Source: Myxococcota bacterium (GTDB lineage Bacteria > Myxococcota > UBA4151). Taken from it: DNA of 64,000 bases. The notes beneath the pieces are model-generated. The model searched no databases, had not been told where the DNA came from, and saw nothing but the letters and a program-made list of their open reading frames with translations. The stretch is taken from the NCBI GenBank assembly GCA_040260805.1, contig JBDQPD010000002.1, positions 2,557 to 66,556 of the forward strand, read 5' to 3'. Of this stretch, positions 1 to 10,430 are shown piece after piece. The first letter of the stretch is position 1. Each line of letters opens with the position of its first letter. Made by a program: the position numbers and the translations under genes.

Positions 1-3000
1 TCCTCAAACTCTGCTTCGAGTTGGCGGAAGTGCGCTTTGGCTGCATACGCTGCCTCAAGGCTCTGCGGAGCAAAGCCGCGCTTACGATATTCAGCGAGCG
101 TCTTGTCGACGTACTTGTCGACCTTTTTGCGAGCGCTCTTAACCGACTTTTGCCAGCGCCGACGTTGATTACGGCGCTTCGGCGGCTTCGCCTTGAGCGT
201 GATCAGCTCGTCCCAGAGTTGGTCACTCAGCTTGCTGTAAATCTGAACAACGCGACCGCCCTGTTCTTTCTTGCCGCCGTACTTGCGGATGAACTCATCG
301 AACGTCCGTTTCATGCGGCGGCTGTTCTTAGCCTGCTCCCAAACCAAAGCCGAGTTGAAGAACACCTCGGGCACATCCGGGCGATCCCTGAAGAGTTTTG
401 TGTATTTCTGGAACGTCAGAGCAGCTCGCTTGAACTGCTCGGTGCTCTGCAATGCAACACCCGCATTGTAGAGGGCGTCTGCACGGTCGGGGAAATCTTT
501 ATAGTCGGAGACGAGCTTCAAATACAACGAGATCGCACGATCAAACTCGAAGCCTTCGTAGGCCGTCGATGCCACGTTAAATAATGCCTTCGCCGCCAGT
601 TCTTTGTCTTCCGGGTACTCACGAAAGACGCGCTCGTAGAGCGCACCAGCGGACATGAAGCGCTTGAGCTCAGCCATCGACTGAGCTGCCGAGTAGAGTG
701 CTTTCGCAGCGAAGGGGTTCGTGGGGTCCTCTTTGACCAAACGTAAGAACTCATCATGCGCGAGTTGGAACTCTTTTTTCCCAAACGCTGCGACAGCTTG
801 TTTGTACACAGCGCCCGCGGCGCTCTTGCTCATCTGGATCTTAAATTCTTCGTTGTCCTTGCCCACGCCAATCTTAAGCATACGCCGACACCAAGCCTCG
901 ACGTTCTTCCAGTCCTCTTTCTCGGAGTACTGGTTGAGCACCCAACGAGCAGCATCGACAGCGCCCTCTGACAGCGGGAAGGTGTCAATCAACTTACGAT
1001 ACCATTTATCGGCTTTAGACTTGTGCGAATACTGCGCGTAAATGGTCGCGGCGTTAAAGTAGAAGCGCGGGGTATCCTCGGTGTCTGGGCTCGATTTGAT
1101 GTAACGCATCGAAGCGTCGATCAAACGCACCAGCAAGCGAGGGATCTCTTGAGGCGTTTCTGCCAGCGGTGGCGGCTCAGGCAGGGTGCCCTTTTGGGTC
1201 TGCGAGTCGACCTCGGCTTGAAGATTCAAGAACGCTCGATAGGCAGCATCCTCTCGGAACTTCGAATTTTTCTTGTCGTCGCGCACGAGCTCGAAAACAT
1301 CGGCAGCCTTAAGGAACTGCACAGACATCGTGTAGCCGATACCAAGGTAGTAGTTATACTCGTAAAGATTTGGGTCGTAAGGGAAGCGCTGGATGTAGTC
1401 AGACAGCATCTGAGCAGCGACGCGAGCTTCTTCTGAAGCGAGCGCAACCTTCTCTTCTTGGAAGTACTTCTGAGCCAACTCCAGGCGGAACAAAGCAGAA
1501 GAGATCAGGGCGTCTTGAGCCAGCTTCATCGCTTTACGAATAACCGACGGACGGTTCTTGTTCGCTTCTTGCCATTCGGTGCCCGGGCCGTAGGTGGTAA
1601 ACAACGCCTCACGGGCGGCAGCTCCCTCGGCGAGCTTTTCACGTCCGAGCTGGTCGTAAGCGGCGATGATGTTCATCGCCACGTTGGGATTATCTGCATG
1701 CAATGGGTCGAGCTCGATAACTCGCTGGGCGACCGGGACATACTTCTGCCAAGCAGCTTGATCGAACAGAACTTTGGCGACCTCTAAATACACCTCACGT
1801 TGGTACTCGCGACCACCTACGGCAGCGAACATTTGCTCGAGTCGATCTCCGGCTGCCACCTCTGGCGGTGTGATCCCCTTTTCATCGTACTCATCCATCA
1901 ACTCGGCTTGTTTTTCGTCGTACAGCTCATCGAGAGCAACGACAGACTTGCATTGATCGAGCACTTCGCCCGTTGCAGGACGGCCCCAACCCTGCTCAAC
2001 CGCAGCGACCGCAATGTATTGGATCGCCTCTTTACGAAGATCTGATCCGCTCTCGCCAGTTTCCTTAGATTTTTTATCTGAGAAATCAACGAGCTCGACG
2101 AACCGTTTGTACGCTGCGTCAAAGCGATCGAGTCGGTAGTGGGTCCAAGCGACCTTGTAGAGCGCTTTATCAAACCAGGCAGAGTCGCGATTCGATAACA
2201 CCCGCTGATACGCATCGAGCGCTTCGCAAAGCCGATCCTCGGTGAAGTGGTTCTCACCGATACGCAGCCAAACCTCGGGGACGAACTTGCTTTCGGGGTA
2301 GTTGGTCACCAAGCCCTCGTAGTTACTCAGGCTGCGCTCAAACTCACCGGTCTCCTCCAAGCAAAAAGCAAGCAGATACTGCACGCCGTCGTTTTGTTCG
2401 AACTTCGGAAACCGCTTCAGGATCGTTTCATACAGCTTGATGCTCTTCGCCAACTCAAGCATCGGCGCCTCTGGCTCTTTACCGATCTTCTTCGCTTCAA
2501 AAAGCTCGAGTTGCCGGGAAAACTCTTCGTCCGCGTCGTTGTAGTCGTATTTCGCTTGCTCAAAGTACAACTCAGCAAGACGGAACATCGCTTGTGGTGA
2601 GTATTCAGCGTCGTAAGCATATCGACTCACGAAGCGCTCAAACGCCTTGATCGCTGATTTGCGCTTCTCCGCCTCTCGGCGCTCTAAATCGCCAATACGC
2701 TGTTCAAAATCGATGTCGATCCGACGCATCCGAGCGTCACGCTTGCGCTTGATCGTCGCCATGATCTCAGAGTTGAAGTCGTCAGAGGTTTTTTTGAACC
2801 GAGCGACCGTCTCTTCGAACTCTTTTTTAGCCTTCTCTTTGGCGAGTTGCTCAGGCGTTTTTTCCTGGGCTTTAGCCACGGCTGCGCCGGCCTCAGGCGG
2901 GTCATCAAGACTCGGCTCTGCAGGCTTAGATTCTGACTCTTCAGGAGCAGGAGCGGCAGGGGTTTGGGCTGACTCGTCTTGAGCTACAACTTGCGCTGCA

Positions 3001-3035
3001 GCAAACAGAGCTAGAGCCAGTGCGAGCATGCGCAT
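1..3035 (-). CDS. Large TPR-repeat protein, 5'-complete but 3'-partial (runs off the window start). Absent from the ORF track because no stop codon lies inside the window.
   Basis: Reverse-complement reading frame is open from ATG at 3035..3033 down to position 1. Protein begins MRMLALALALFAAAQVVAQDE (signal peptide) and has repeated TPR-like helices (AMFRLAELYFEQAKYDY, KALYKVAWTHYRLDRFDAAYKRF). Its ATG overlaps the stop of the upstream gene (TGATG). Plus-strand ORFs in 21..2982 are low-complexity antisense artefacts. Confidence 0.6.
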   Translation of the reverse strand, partial: MRMLALALALFAAAQVVAQDESAQTPAAPAPEESESKPAEPSLDDPPEAGAAVAKAQEKTPEQLAKEKAKKEFEETVARFKKTSDDFNSEIMATIKRKRDARMRRIDIDFEQRIGDLERREAEKRKSAIKAFERFVSRYAYDAEYSPQAMFRLAELYFEQAKYDYNDADEEFSRQLELFEAKKIGKEPEAPMLELAKSIKLYETILKRFPKFEQNDGVQYLLAFCLEETGEFERSLSNYEGLVTNYPESKFVPEVWLRIGENHFTEDRLCEALDAYQRVLSNRDSAWFDKALYKVAWTHYRLDRFDAAYKRFVELVDFSDKKSKETGESGSDLRKEAIQYIAVAAVEQGWGRPATGEVLDQCKSVVALDELYDEKQAELMDEYDEKGITPPEVAAGDRLEQMFAAVGGREYQREVYLEVAKVLFDQAAWQKYVPVAQRVIELDPLHADNPNVAMNIIAAYDQLGREKLAEGAAAREALFTTYGPGTEWQEANKNRPSVIRKAMKLAQDALISSALFRLELAQKYFQEEKVALASEEARVAAQMLSDYIQRFPYDPNLYEYNYYLGIGYTMSVQFLKAADVFELVRDDKKNSKFREDAAYRAFLNLQAEVDSQTQKGTLPEPPPLAETPQEIPRLLVRLIDASMRYIKSSPDTEDTPRFYFNAATIYAQYSHKSKADKWYRKLIDTFPLSEGAVDAARWVLNQYSEKEDWKNVEAWCRRMLKIGVGKDNEEFKIQMSKSAAGAVYKQAVAAFGKKEFQLAHDEFLRLVKEDPTNPFAAKALYSAAQSMAELKRFMSAGALYERVFREYPEDKELAAKALFNVASTAYEGFEFDRAISLYLKLVSDYKDFPDRADALYNAGVALQSTEQFKRAALTFQKYTKLFRDRPDVPEVFFNSALVWEQAKNSRRMKRTFDEFIRKYGGKKEQGGRVVQIYSKLSDQLWDELITLKAKPPKRRNQRRRWQKSVKSARKKVDKYVDKTLAEYRKRGFAPQSLEAAYAAKAHFRQLEAEFE

Positions 3036-5383
3036 CACCGACTCGCCCCCTCATCGCCTAAAGCCTCGTCAAACTGCTCGCTGATGCGCCCCATTTCGCG
3101 CTCTTTCGCTCGCCCAAGTTTGGTGATGCCTTTGGTTTGAGTCTCTTTTTGTTCCCAAGCGACGTCGATCTTACCCACATCCGCGTTCCGGATGATGTTG
3201 TAGAACTTCTTGCTCACGTTACTCAGCGTTGCAGTTACCGCACCCACAGCGCCGCGTTCAGCCTGCTTCGCGAGCGCTTCCTCTTCAGCACGAAGGCCGC
3301 GCAAGCGGGCTTGCTCAACCATCACTCGACCACGAAGACTGCCCGCCTCGTTAGCGACCACAGCCTCTAGCTCGCGGAGGACTTTATCGACCTGACCCTG
3401 AGCGCGCCCGACGCGCTGACGCACAGCGTCAAGGCTGCGAATGTCCGTCAGGCTCTCACCGCTCAACCGAGACCGAAGTTGCGTGGCAGCGGCTCGCTCT
3501 TTCGTCAGCGCCTGTCGAAACTCTGCGCGCAGCGCGAACTCATCGCTGCCTGCGCCCGCTCCAACCCCAGACTCCTCGCTTTCGATCTCGGATTTGAGTC
3601 GAGCAGCAATACGCTCCATGTCGACGATCATGTCACGGATAACCGGCACGTTGACCTGGAAGAATCCAAGCTCCTCACGGCTCAAGTTACCCTTTTGCCG
3701 GCGACCGGCGACATACTGATCAACAGCGGCGATCGTCTTTTTGAATCCCTTGAGCTCAAGGGTCAAACGGAACAACCGCTGCTTTAGGTCTCCAAGACGT
3801 CGAGACAGGGTCGAGACCCTCTCGGTCCGCACCTTGAGCGTCGGAGGGAGCTTATCGACCTCAGCCTGCAAACGCAGGCGCTCGGCACGCAGCGCGGTGA
3901 GTTGTTCGGTGTTCAAACCCTGACCTTGCAGGATCTGAGTTTCTAAATCCAACAAGCGCCGCTCACAATCAGCAGCGAGTGCGCCCACCTCAACGGCTCG
4001 GCCCTGCTGATCTGCCAAGGTCGGAAACATGTTGATACGGCGCTCGCCATCGATGCGGCTAAGGATCTTCTCAATGAGCTGGTCCGCTTCGGCGAGATCA
4101 CGCTCACCACGCTCAAGCTCCGAGAACAGCCGGACGGCGCCATTAAGGTCTCCGTCCTCACGAGCCCAGTCCAGCGCAACCGGCGGCAAAAGGCTCTCGG
4201 CCGACAGCTTGTCTAATCCAGTGGCGATGATCTCGCGGAAGTAGCGCATCGGGTCACCACGCTCACGAATGATTCGGCGCAGCTCTTCATGGCCGGGCTC
4301 GTAATCCTTGACCACCTGGTCGAAGGCTTTGACCGCCAATCCATACTGCTTGAGACGCAGGTGAAGATTGCCCAGTAAGACCTTAGCCTCAGGGACGACC
4401 GCCGAGTGAGGGTTGCTCGCCAGCAGAATCTCTACGGCGCGGACAGCCTTCTTGTATTGAAGCGTCTTCTCTTCTGCGTCCTCTTTCTCCTCAGCGCTTT
4501 TGACGTAAGCCCAGGTGATCTCGAAGAGCATTTCATCGAAATACTTCGAACGATGATCAATGCTTTGGTAGGCGTCGATGCTCGCGCCGATCTCACCGAT
4601 CTCGTAATAGACACGACCTCGAGCGAGGTGGGTCAGCTCTCGGATCTCTTTTTGAGCGTCAGTGGAAGGGACAAACTTAAGCAGCGAATCAAAGACCTCG
4701 GCTGACGCCTTGAGCTTACCCAAAGCAGCAAGCGCTACGCCGGTGGCGTAGGTCGAATGGTGCCGATAAGGACCCTCAGATGCTGAGCGTTTCAAGCGAT
4801 TGATCGCGCCGGCGTAATCACCACCGTGAATCAGTGATTTGCCATAGAAATAGTCTACCTGGGGAGGGATTCGACCGCCGCTAGCCACCTGGTATGCCTT
4901 GAAGGCTTTTCCGACCTCATCAAACTCTGCACGGCTGCCTGCAATCTCAATCAAGCGAAGAATCGAGGGCGTTAGGTGTCGAGATGCACCGCCATCCACT
5001 AAACGCTGGAAGTAAATACGAGCGGCCGAACCGTTGCCGTCTTGAAACAGTGACTCTGCGAGGAAATACACAGCGTCTTTGAAGCGTGGGTCCGACTTCA
5101 AGTTGGGGTCTTCAACAAGGTCGAAGAGAACCACGGCGGCGTTTCGGTAGTCCTTGAGCAAGAACAAAACCTCGCCGTTCTCTAACCGCGCCTTCCGGCC
5201 ACGCTCTTCGACGCCCATGGACTTCTTGCGAAACTGCTGCTCGATGAACTGCGCCCGGCCGCTCACATCATCAGCCATACCTGAGACGATGCGTAGCCCG
5301 TCCTTGACCGATGGCTCGGCCTCGGCATCAACGCCGAAAGCGATGATTGAGATCAGGAGCGAAAGCCCCGCCAAACGCAGCAT
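3035..5383 (-). CDS. Secreted TPR / coiled-coil protein (782 aa)
   Basis: N-terminal signal peptide MLRLAGLSLLISIIAFGVDAEA. TPR-like N-terminal half and a long heptad coiled-coil C-terminal half. Translationally coupled to the downstream TPR gene. Confidence 0.7.
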   Translation of the reverse strand: MLRLAGLSLLISIIAFGVDAEAEPSVKDGLRIVSGMADDVSGRAQFIEQQFRKKSMGVEERGRKARLENGEVLFLLKDYRNAAVVLFDLVEDPNLKSDPRFKDAVYFLAESLFQDGNGSAARIYFQRLVDGGASRHLTPSILRLIEIAGSRAEFDEVGKAFKAYQVASGGRIPPQVDYFYGKSLIHGGDYAGAINRLKRSASEGPYRHHSTYATGVALAALGKLKASAEVFDSLLKFVPSTDAQKEIRELTHLARGRVYYEIGEIGASIDAYQSIDHRSKYFDEMLFEITWAYVKSAEEKEDAEEKTLQYKKAVRAVEILLASNPHSAVVPEAKVLLGNLHLRLKQYGLAVKAFDQVVKDYEPGHEELRRIIRERGDPMRYFREIIATGLDKLSAESLLPPVALDWAREDGDLNGAVRLFSELERGERDLAEADQLIEKILSRIDGERRINMFPTLADQQGRAVEVGALAADCERRLLDLETQILQGQGLNTEQLTALRAERLRLQAEVDKLPPTLKVRTERVSTLSRRLGDLKQRLFRLTLELKGFKKTIAAVDQYVAGRRQKGNLSREELGFFQVNVPVIRDMIVDMERIAARLKSEIESEESGVGAGAGSDEFALRAEFRQALTKERAAATQLRSRLSGESLTDIRSLDAVRQRVGRAQGQVDKVLRELEAVVANEAGSLRGRVMVEQARLRGLRAEEEALAKQAERGAVGAVTATLSNVSKKFYNIIRNADVGKIDVAWEQKETQTKGITKLGRAKEREMGRISEQFDEALGDEGASR

Positions 5384-5389
5384 TATGGG

Positions 5390-6190
5390 TCAGTTCCCCT
5401 TGGCGACAGGCGCATCAGCCTGCTCTTTCTTTTTCGAACGAGCCGTGTCCTTCATGACATCGACATCATAGCGAACCGTCGGGCGCTCTCGAAGATCGGT
5501 GGTGATCCCACCCCGCTCGAAGCCAACGACCTTGATCTCAGTGAACTTTCCCTCCTCAGCGGAGAAGGTGTAACTTGAACGAATTTTGAAGCGGTACCCC
5601 TTGAGATACGAGAAGATACCGAAGCCATTACCAGCGTAAACCAGGTTCACCGACAACTGGTGATTACCGGGGACGATCTGCCCCTGGAACAGCTCAATTT
5701 CCTTTTGGTTCGCCAGGCTGCCGTCAATATTCGACATCTGCTTGAGCGGCGCTCCATCCAAGAAGTAATGCGCCTCTTGCAGCTTGAACGTCGAGCCCAT
5801 CTCATTACGGTGAACCAGTCGCGCCCTGGCGCCGCTGACCACACCATGCATCACAGCCTCTTGGAGTCGGACCAGGCGAGCCTTGCTCTGATAGATGCGC
5901 ATCTTGAGCTGGTTGACGCGCTCCTCAAGGTCTCGAACCCGCACGTCGTAGGCGTCGCCGTCGTCCTCAGCCTCGTCTTCAGTCTCGTCTTCTTCACTGT
6001 CGTCTTCCGCCACCGCCTGAGGTGCGGCTTGGGGCGCCGGAACGTCTTTGTCTTCGCCGGGCTCTCTGACCTCAGCTTCAGCACTTGCTGCGCCCTCGCT
6101 GGGAGCGTCTTCACCAGGTGCCTGGGCCCACGCCGAAACAGGCATCCCAAGCGCAGCAATAATCAGTACTGCTCGAACCATCGGATTCAT
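5390..6190 (-). CDS. Secreted protein: acidic (D/E-rich) linker, coiled coil, beta-rich C-terminal domain; function unknown
   Basis: Internal start MNPMVRAVLIIAALGMPVSAWA (signal peptide) with GGAGA Shine-Dalgarno 5-9 nt upstream. The ORF-track N-terminal extension is rejected. Confidence 0.55.
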   Translation of the reverse strand: MNPMVRAVLIIAALGMPVSAWAQAPGEDAPSEGAASAEAEVREPGEDKDVPAPQAAPQAVAEDDSEEDETEDEAEDDGDAYDVRVRDLEERVNQLKMRIYQSKARLVRLQEAVMHGVVSGARARLVHRNEMGSTFKLQEAHYFLDGAPLKQMSNIDGSLANQKEIELFQGQIVPGNHQLSVNLVYAGNGFGIFSYLKGYRFKIRSSYTFSAEEGKFTEIKVVGFERGGITTDLRERPTVRYDVDVMKDTARSKKKEQADAPVAKGN

Positions 6191-6274
6191 CGCAATCTCC
6201 AAGCCTCTCACGGTCACTCCGCGCAGGTAACAAAGCCTATTATAGCCCGTCAAACATGTATAGCGGCGATACAC

Positions 6275-6715
6275 TCACGAGAACAGATTCTCGATTTCCT
6301 CGTCGGTAATCGGAGAGCCTATTCGCTGACGCTCACCAGCACCCAAAAGACTACTCAACCGATCCACGAGGGATGCAAGCCGCCAGCGGACCACCCCAAG
6401 GCTACTTCGAGCATCAAAGACAACGACCACCGAGAAACCGGGTTTTACGAGCGCGGTCAGCAGTTTCACCTCACCAGCATCGATGTGAAGACTGCGCACC
6501 TGATCCTTCCCTAAAGGCCGCATCATACCCTGTGCGCTAGCCATCACACCGGCCAGCGAGGCCGCGAAGCGACTGGGGTCCACACGGAATAGATCACCGC
6601 TAATCGCTAGTGATGCACCCGAGCGTTCGCAGAGTTGGACACCAACCGCATGCGACTCCCTGACAAAAGCATCCAGCGCCTCTTGGACCTGTAGTTGGGT
6701 ATGTTCTAAACTCAC
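6275..6715 (-). CDS. Roadblock/LC7-domain protein (MglB/MglC-like small GTPase-associated fold)
   Basis: 146 aa. Alternating hydrophobic pattern and motifs typical of the roadblock fold (LAISGDL...GVMASAQGMM...GEVKLLTALVKPGFSVVVVF). Family call is from recollection of the fold. Confidence 0.5.
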   Translation of the reverse strand: MSLEHTQLQVQEALDAFVRESHAVGVQLCERSGASLAISGDLFRVDPSRFAASLAGVMASAQGMMRPLGKDQVRSLHIDAGEVKLLTALVKPGFSVVVVFDARSSLGVVRWRLASLVDRLSSLLGAGERQRIGSPITDEEIENLFS

Positions 6716-6741
6716 AGGTCCCCCGCCGACAACTCAACGCT

Positions 6742-6828
6742 TGGTACTGGAGGTGGGACTCGAACCCACACGTTGTCTCCAACGCCGGATTTTGAATCCG
6801 GTGCGTCTACCAATTCCGCCACTCCAGC
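6742..6828 (-). tRNA. tRNA-Leu (anticodon CAA)
   Basis: Reverse complement reads GCTGGAG-TGGCGGAATTGGTAGACGC-ACCGGA-TTCAAAA-TCCGG-CGTTGGAGACAACGT-GTGGGTTCGAGTCCCAC-CTCCAGT-ACCA. It has a 7-bp acceptor stem, a long variable arm, a T-loop GTTCGAGTC, and an encoded CCA. Confidence 0.85.
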
Positions 6829-6860
6829 ATCTGCTGTCGTCCACGCCTCCTGTGACTCAA

Positions 6861-7481
6861 TTATCCCCCATCTTGCAAGCGTTCGCTGCCGCCAGACCCT
6901 TGTTCTTTCAGCGCCTCTTCTAGGGCCAGTTGATCCGCTTTGGCTTGGCGCTCTTCTCGCCCCCCAAAAAGCAGCACTAAAATACCTCCGCAGACAATCG
7001 CTGAATCAGCGACGTTGAAGGTCGGAAAGGTATAGCTAGGATTCACACCGCGCAGGTGCCAGTCAATAAAATCAACAACATAGCCGAGTCTCACTCGGTC
7101 GATGAGGTTCCCAAGTGCGCCGCCTAAAATCAACCCGAGGCTGATCTGCATGATGCGCGCTTTAGGGCCTAGCCGCTTAAGCCAGATCAAAACCCCAATA
7201 ATGGCCCCAATACTGACGGTGATCAGCAAGGGCATGCGAATCCACTCAGGAATTGACTGAGTCAGGCTAAACGCAGCGGCTCGGTTCTCGGCGTAGCGAA
7301 ACCAGAACCAAGAATCGACCACCTTGATAAAGCTGTCAGGCGTTCGCGCCCAACCGTACTGAAGCCATGGCTCGGCGCGGCTGAGCCGATCGAGCGCCCA
7401 GAGCTTACTCCATTGATCCAGGACCGTAATCAGAACCAATAAGAACGCAGGGATCGCGTAAATTCGTTTGAGCTTATCCAT
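6861..7481 (-). CDS. lspA: Lipoprotein signal peptidase II
   Basis: 206 aa polytopic membrane protein with conserved LspA motifs (FNVADSAI, LGNLIDR). Confidence 0.85.
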   Translation of the reverse strand: MDKLKRIYAIPAFLLVLITVLDQWSKLWALDRLSRAEPWLQYGWARTPDSFIKVVDSWFWFRYAENRAAAFSLTQSIPEWIRMPLLITVSIGAIIGVLIWLKRLGPKARIMQISLGLILGGALGNLIDRVRLGYVVDFIDWHLRGVNPSYTFPTFNVADSAIVCGGILVLLFGGREERQAKADQLALEEALKEQGSGGSERLQDGG

Positions 7482-10427
7482 CTAGACCTCGGCCGGGTTC
7501 GCGCCTCGGCGCCCGTGGCATTGCTTGTACTTTTTCCCCGAACCGCATGGACAAGGTGCATTGCGGCCCACTTTGGGCTGATCTCGGCGGATGGTCCCCT
7601 CTTCGGTGCCGCCTGCGACGCGACCGGTAAAGGCAGCCGCTTTGCGAGCCCTTCGGCTGTTGCGCTGCTCACCCGCCGTTGACGCCCGACGCTGCTCGTC
7701 GATCAAACGACGCGCACGAGCCCGGCGCTCAGCCTCCTCGCGAGCGACAGCCTCTTCGTCCATCAACTCGACGCGATAGAGCTGCATCAACGCATCGCGA
7801 CTGACCCGGTCAAGCATCGCAGTAAAGAGAATGAACCCTTCTCTTCGATACTCATGCCGGGGGTCTTTCTGACCATAACCTCGAAGGTAAATCCCCTCTT
7901 TGAGGTGATCCATCTGCGTGAGGTGAGCTTTCCAGTGGTGATCAATACTGCGCAGATAAAATGTCTGTGCGAGATCGTCATAGGTGTCGACGGTAAATTC
8001 TGCCCGGCGTTTCTCGTGCTGGCGGTTCACCGCAGCGTAGATGTAGTTGCCGATTTCCATCTGGTAAGCGGGACGGTCCGGCACATCACCGCGGCGGATT
8101 GCGGCTAAACTCACCGGCACATCAAAGACCTTGAAGCACTCAGCCTCTAAGCCCTCCAGCGCCCACTCTGAAGAGGGCTGGGCCTCAGGGCAAAAGCGAG
8201 CGACAGCATCAATGATCGTGCGCTCTGCGCTGTCTTTAATTCGAGTATCAAAATCCTGACCTGCAAGGATCTCGCGTCGGAGCGCATAGAGCGTTCCACG
8301 CTGCTGGTTCATCACGTTGTCCATCTCAAGGACGTTCTTACGAATACCAAAGTTGTAAGCCTCGACGCGTTTTTGAGCGCCTTCGATCTGCCGGCTTACC
8401 AACCGGGAATCGATGACATCATCAGCTTTCATGCCGCCCCAACGCTCCATCATACCTTGGAGCTTCTCGCCCGCGAAACGGCGCATCAAGTCATCCTCTA
8501 GGCTGAGGAAGAACTGAGAGGATCCAGGGTCACCTTGACGGCCAGACCGACCACGAAGCTGATTGTCGATTCGACGACTCTCGTGGCGTTCAGAGCCCAG
8601 AATATGCATCCCGCCGGCAGAAAGGACGTTCTCTTTCTCGCCGGCCATTTCTGCCTCTGCCTTTTCGAGCTCCGCTGCGTATTCCTTGACCAGTCCTGCG
8701 ACAAAGTCGGCGGCTTGCTGGTGCAGCGCAGAGTCTTTAGATTCGGGATAATCCTCCTCGGCCACGGCCTTCGGATCAATCAATTCAGGTCGACCGCTCA
8801 TCCACTTAAAGGTCTCACCTGAAGCGTCTTGGTTTCGGGCATGGATCACGCGCTCACGCGCCAGAAACTCAGGGTTTCCGCCGAGCAAAATATCGGTACC
8901 ACGACCGGCCATGTTGGTAGCGATCGTTACGGCGCCTAAGCGCCCTGCCTGAGCCACGATCTGGCTCTCCTTCGAGTGCTGCTTGGCGTTGAGGACGGTA
9001 TGCTCGACTTTGCGCCGAGCCAAAAATCGACTGAGCACTTCTGAGCGCTCAACCGAAGCCGTACCGACGAGCACCGGCTGACCTTTCGTCTGGCGTCGCT
9101 CGATATCATCACAGATCGCTTCGAATTTTGCGCGCTCAGACAGAAAGATCAGATCAGGCTCGTCCAAACGAGCGATCGGCTTGTTGGTCGGAACGACCAC
9201 CACATCCATCCCGTAGACGCTCATGAACTCTTCGCGCTCGGTTTCAGCCGTGCCGGTCATACCCGAGAGCTTTTCGTACATGCGGAAATAGTTCTGGAAG
9301 GTGATCGTCGCGAGGGTGTGGTTTTCGCGCTGAATACGAACACCCTCTTTCGCCTCGACGGCCTGATGCAAACCATCACTCCAGCGGCGACCGTCCATCA
9401 AACGACCCGTAAACTCATCAACGATCACCACTTCGCCGCCCGTAACGACATAGTCGACATCGCGGCGGTAGACAGCGTGAGCACGAAGAGCCTGGTTGAG
9501 ATGATGGACCATCTCAATATGCTCCATGTCGTACAGATTATTCAGACCTAAAACGCCCTCAACCTGATGCACGCCTGCCTCAGTGAGTGTCACCGAGCGG
9601 CTGCGCTCTTCAACCACGTATTCAACGTCGCGACGCAGTTTCGGGATCAGCCGATCAGCCTTGTGGTAAATCTCTTCGCTGAGTTCAGCGGGACCCGAGA
9701 TGATCAAGGGCGTACGCGCCTCGTCAATCAAGATGGAATCGACCTCATCGACGATACCGTAAGCCAGCGGCCTTTGAACCATCTCGTCGTGAGCAAACTT
9801 CATGTTGTCACGCAGGTAGTCAAAACCGAACTCGTTGTTGGTTCCGTACGTGATGTCTGCGGCGTAGGCATCACGGCGAGTCTCATCGCTAATATCCGCC
9901 GTGATAATCCCGGTCGTTAAGCCGAGCCAGCCGTACAACTTGCCCATCCACTCGGCATCGCGTCGAGCGAGGTAATCATTGACCGTCACCAAGTGCGCGC
10001 CGCGCCCAGCCAGCGCGTTGAGGTAGACCGGCAACGTGGCGACTAAGGTCTTACCTTCACCCGTGCGCATCTCCGCAATTTTGCCTTCATGCAGAACCAT
10101 ACCGCCAGCGAGTTGGACGTCATAGTGCCGCATATCAAGAACACGCTTACCCGCCTCGCGCACCACGGCAAAGGCAGGGGCAAGCAACGAATCAACCGAC
10201 GCTCCGTTTGCGATCTTCTCTTTAAAGACCGCCGTTTGCGCGCGCAGATCGTCATCGCTCAACGCCGCAAACTGCGCTTCGAGTTGATTGATCCGGCTAA
10301 CCGCCGGTCGAAGGCCTTTGATCACGCGATCAGAGCGCGTCCCAAAGACCTTTTCTACATATGCCTTCACCATCGAAAACCCCTCGCCCGAACGACCCGG
10401 ACGCTCCGAAAGCATGGCTAGCGCCAA
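7482..10427 (-). CDS. secA: Preprotein translocase ATPase SecA
   Basis: 981 aa. DEAD-like motor motifs ([13 protein letters not shown]), SecA signature regions, and the C-terminal zinc finger [14 protein letters not shown]. Confidence 0.95.
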   Translation of the reverse strand: MALAMLSERPGRSGEGFSMVKAYVEKVFGTRSDRVIKGLRPAVSRINQLEAQFAALSDDDLRAQTAVFKEKIANGASVDSLLAPAFAVVREAGKRVLDMRHYDVQLAGGMVLHEGKIAEMRTGEGKTLVATLPVYLNALAGRGAHLVTVNDYLARRDAEWMGKLYGWLGLTTGIITADISDETRRDAYAADITYGTNNEFGFDYLRDNMKFAHDEMVQRPLAYGIVDEVDSILIDEARTPLIISGPAELSEEIYHKADRLIPKLRRDVEYVVEERSRSVTLTEAGVHQVEGVLGLNNLYDMEHIEMVHHLNQALRAHAVYRRDVDYVVTGGEVVIVDEFTGRLMDGRRWSDGLHQAVEAKEGVRIQRENHTLATITFQNYFRMYEKLSGMTGTAETEREEFMSVYGMDVVVVPTNKPIARLDEPDLIFLSERAKFEAICDDIERRQTKGQPVLVGTASVERSEVLSRFLARRKVEHTVLNAKQHSKESQIVAQAGRLGAVTIATNMAGRGTDILLGGNPEFLARERVIHARNQDASGETFKWMSGRPELIDPKAVAEEDYPESKDSALHQQAADFVAGLVKEYAAELEKAEAEMAGEKENVLSAGGMHILGSERHESRRIDNQLRGRSGRQGDPGSSQFFLSLEDDLMRRFAGEKLQGMMERWGGMKADDVIDSRLVSRQIEGAQKRVEAYNFGIRKNVLEMDNVMNQQRGTLYALRREILAGQDFDTRIKDSAERTIIDAVARFCPEAQPSSEWALEGLEAECFKVFDVPVSLAAIRRGDVPDRPAYQMEIGNYIYAAVNRQHEKRRAEFTVDTYDDLAQTFYLRSIDHHWKAHLTQMDHLKEGIYLRGYGQKDPRHEYRREGFILFTAMLDRVSRDALMQLYRVELMDEEAVAREEAERRARARRLIDEQRRASTAGEQRNSRRARKAAAFTGRVAGGTEEGTIRRDQPKVGRNAPCPCGSGKKYKQCHGRRGANPAEV

Positions 10428-10430
10428 ACT

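Noticed and set aside
21-2982. Plus-strand ORFs 21..584, 721..1041, 1023..1436, 1458..1787, 1800..2045, 2247..2600, 2647..2982 from the ORF track
   Set aside because: Low-complexity, Arg/Leu/Ser-rich translations antisense to a continuous, motif-rich minus-strand TPR reading frame (1..3035). These are typical high-GC antisense artefacts.
6600-7018. ORFs 6600..6782(-), 6741..6923(+), 6773..7018(+)
   Set aside because: They overlap the tRNA-Leu gene and the lspA 3' end and have no protein-like features.
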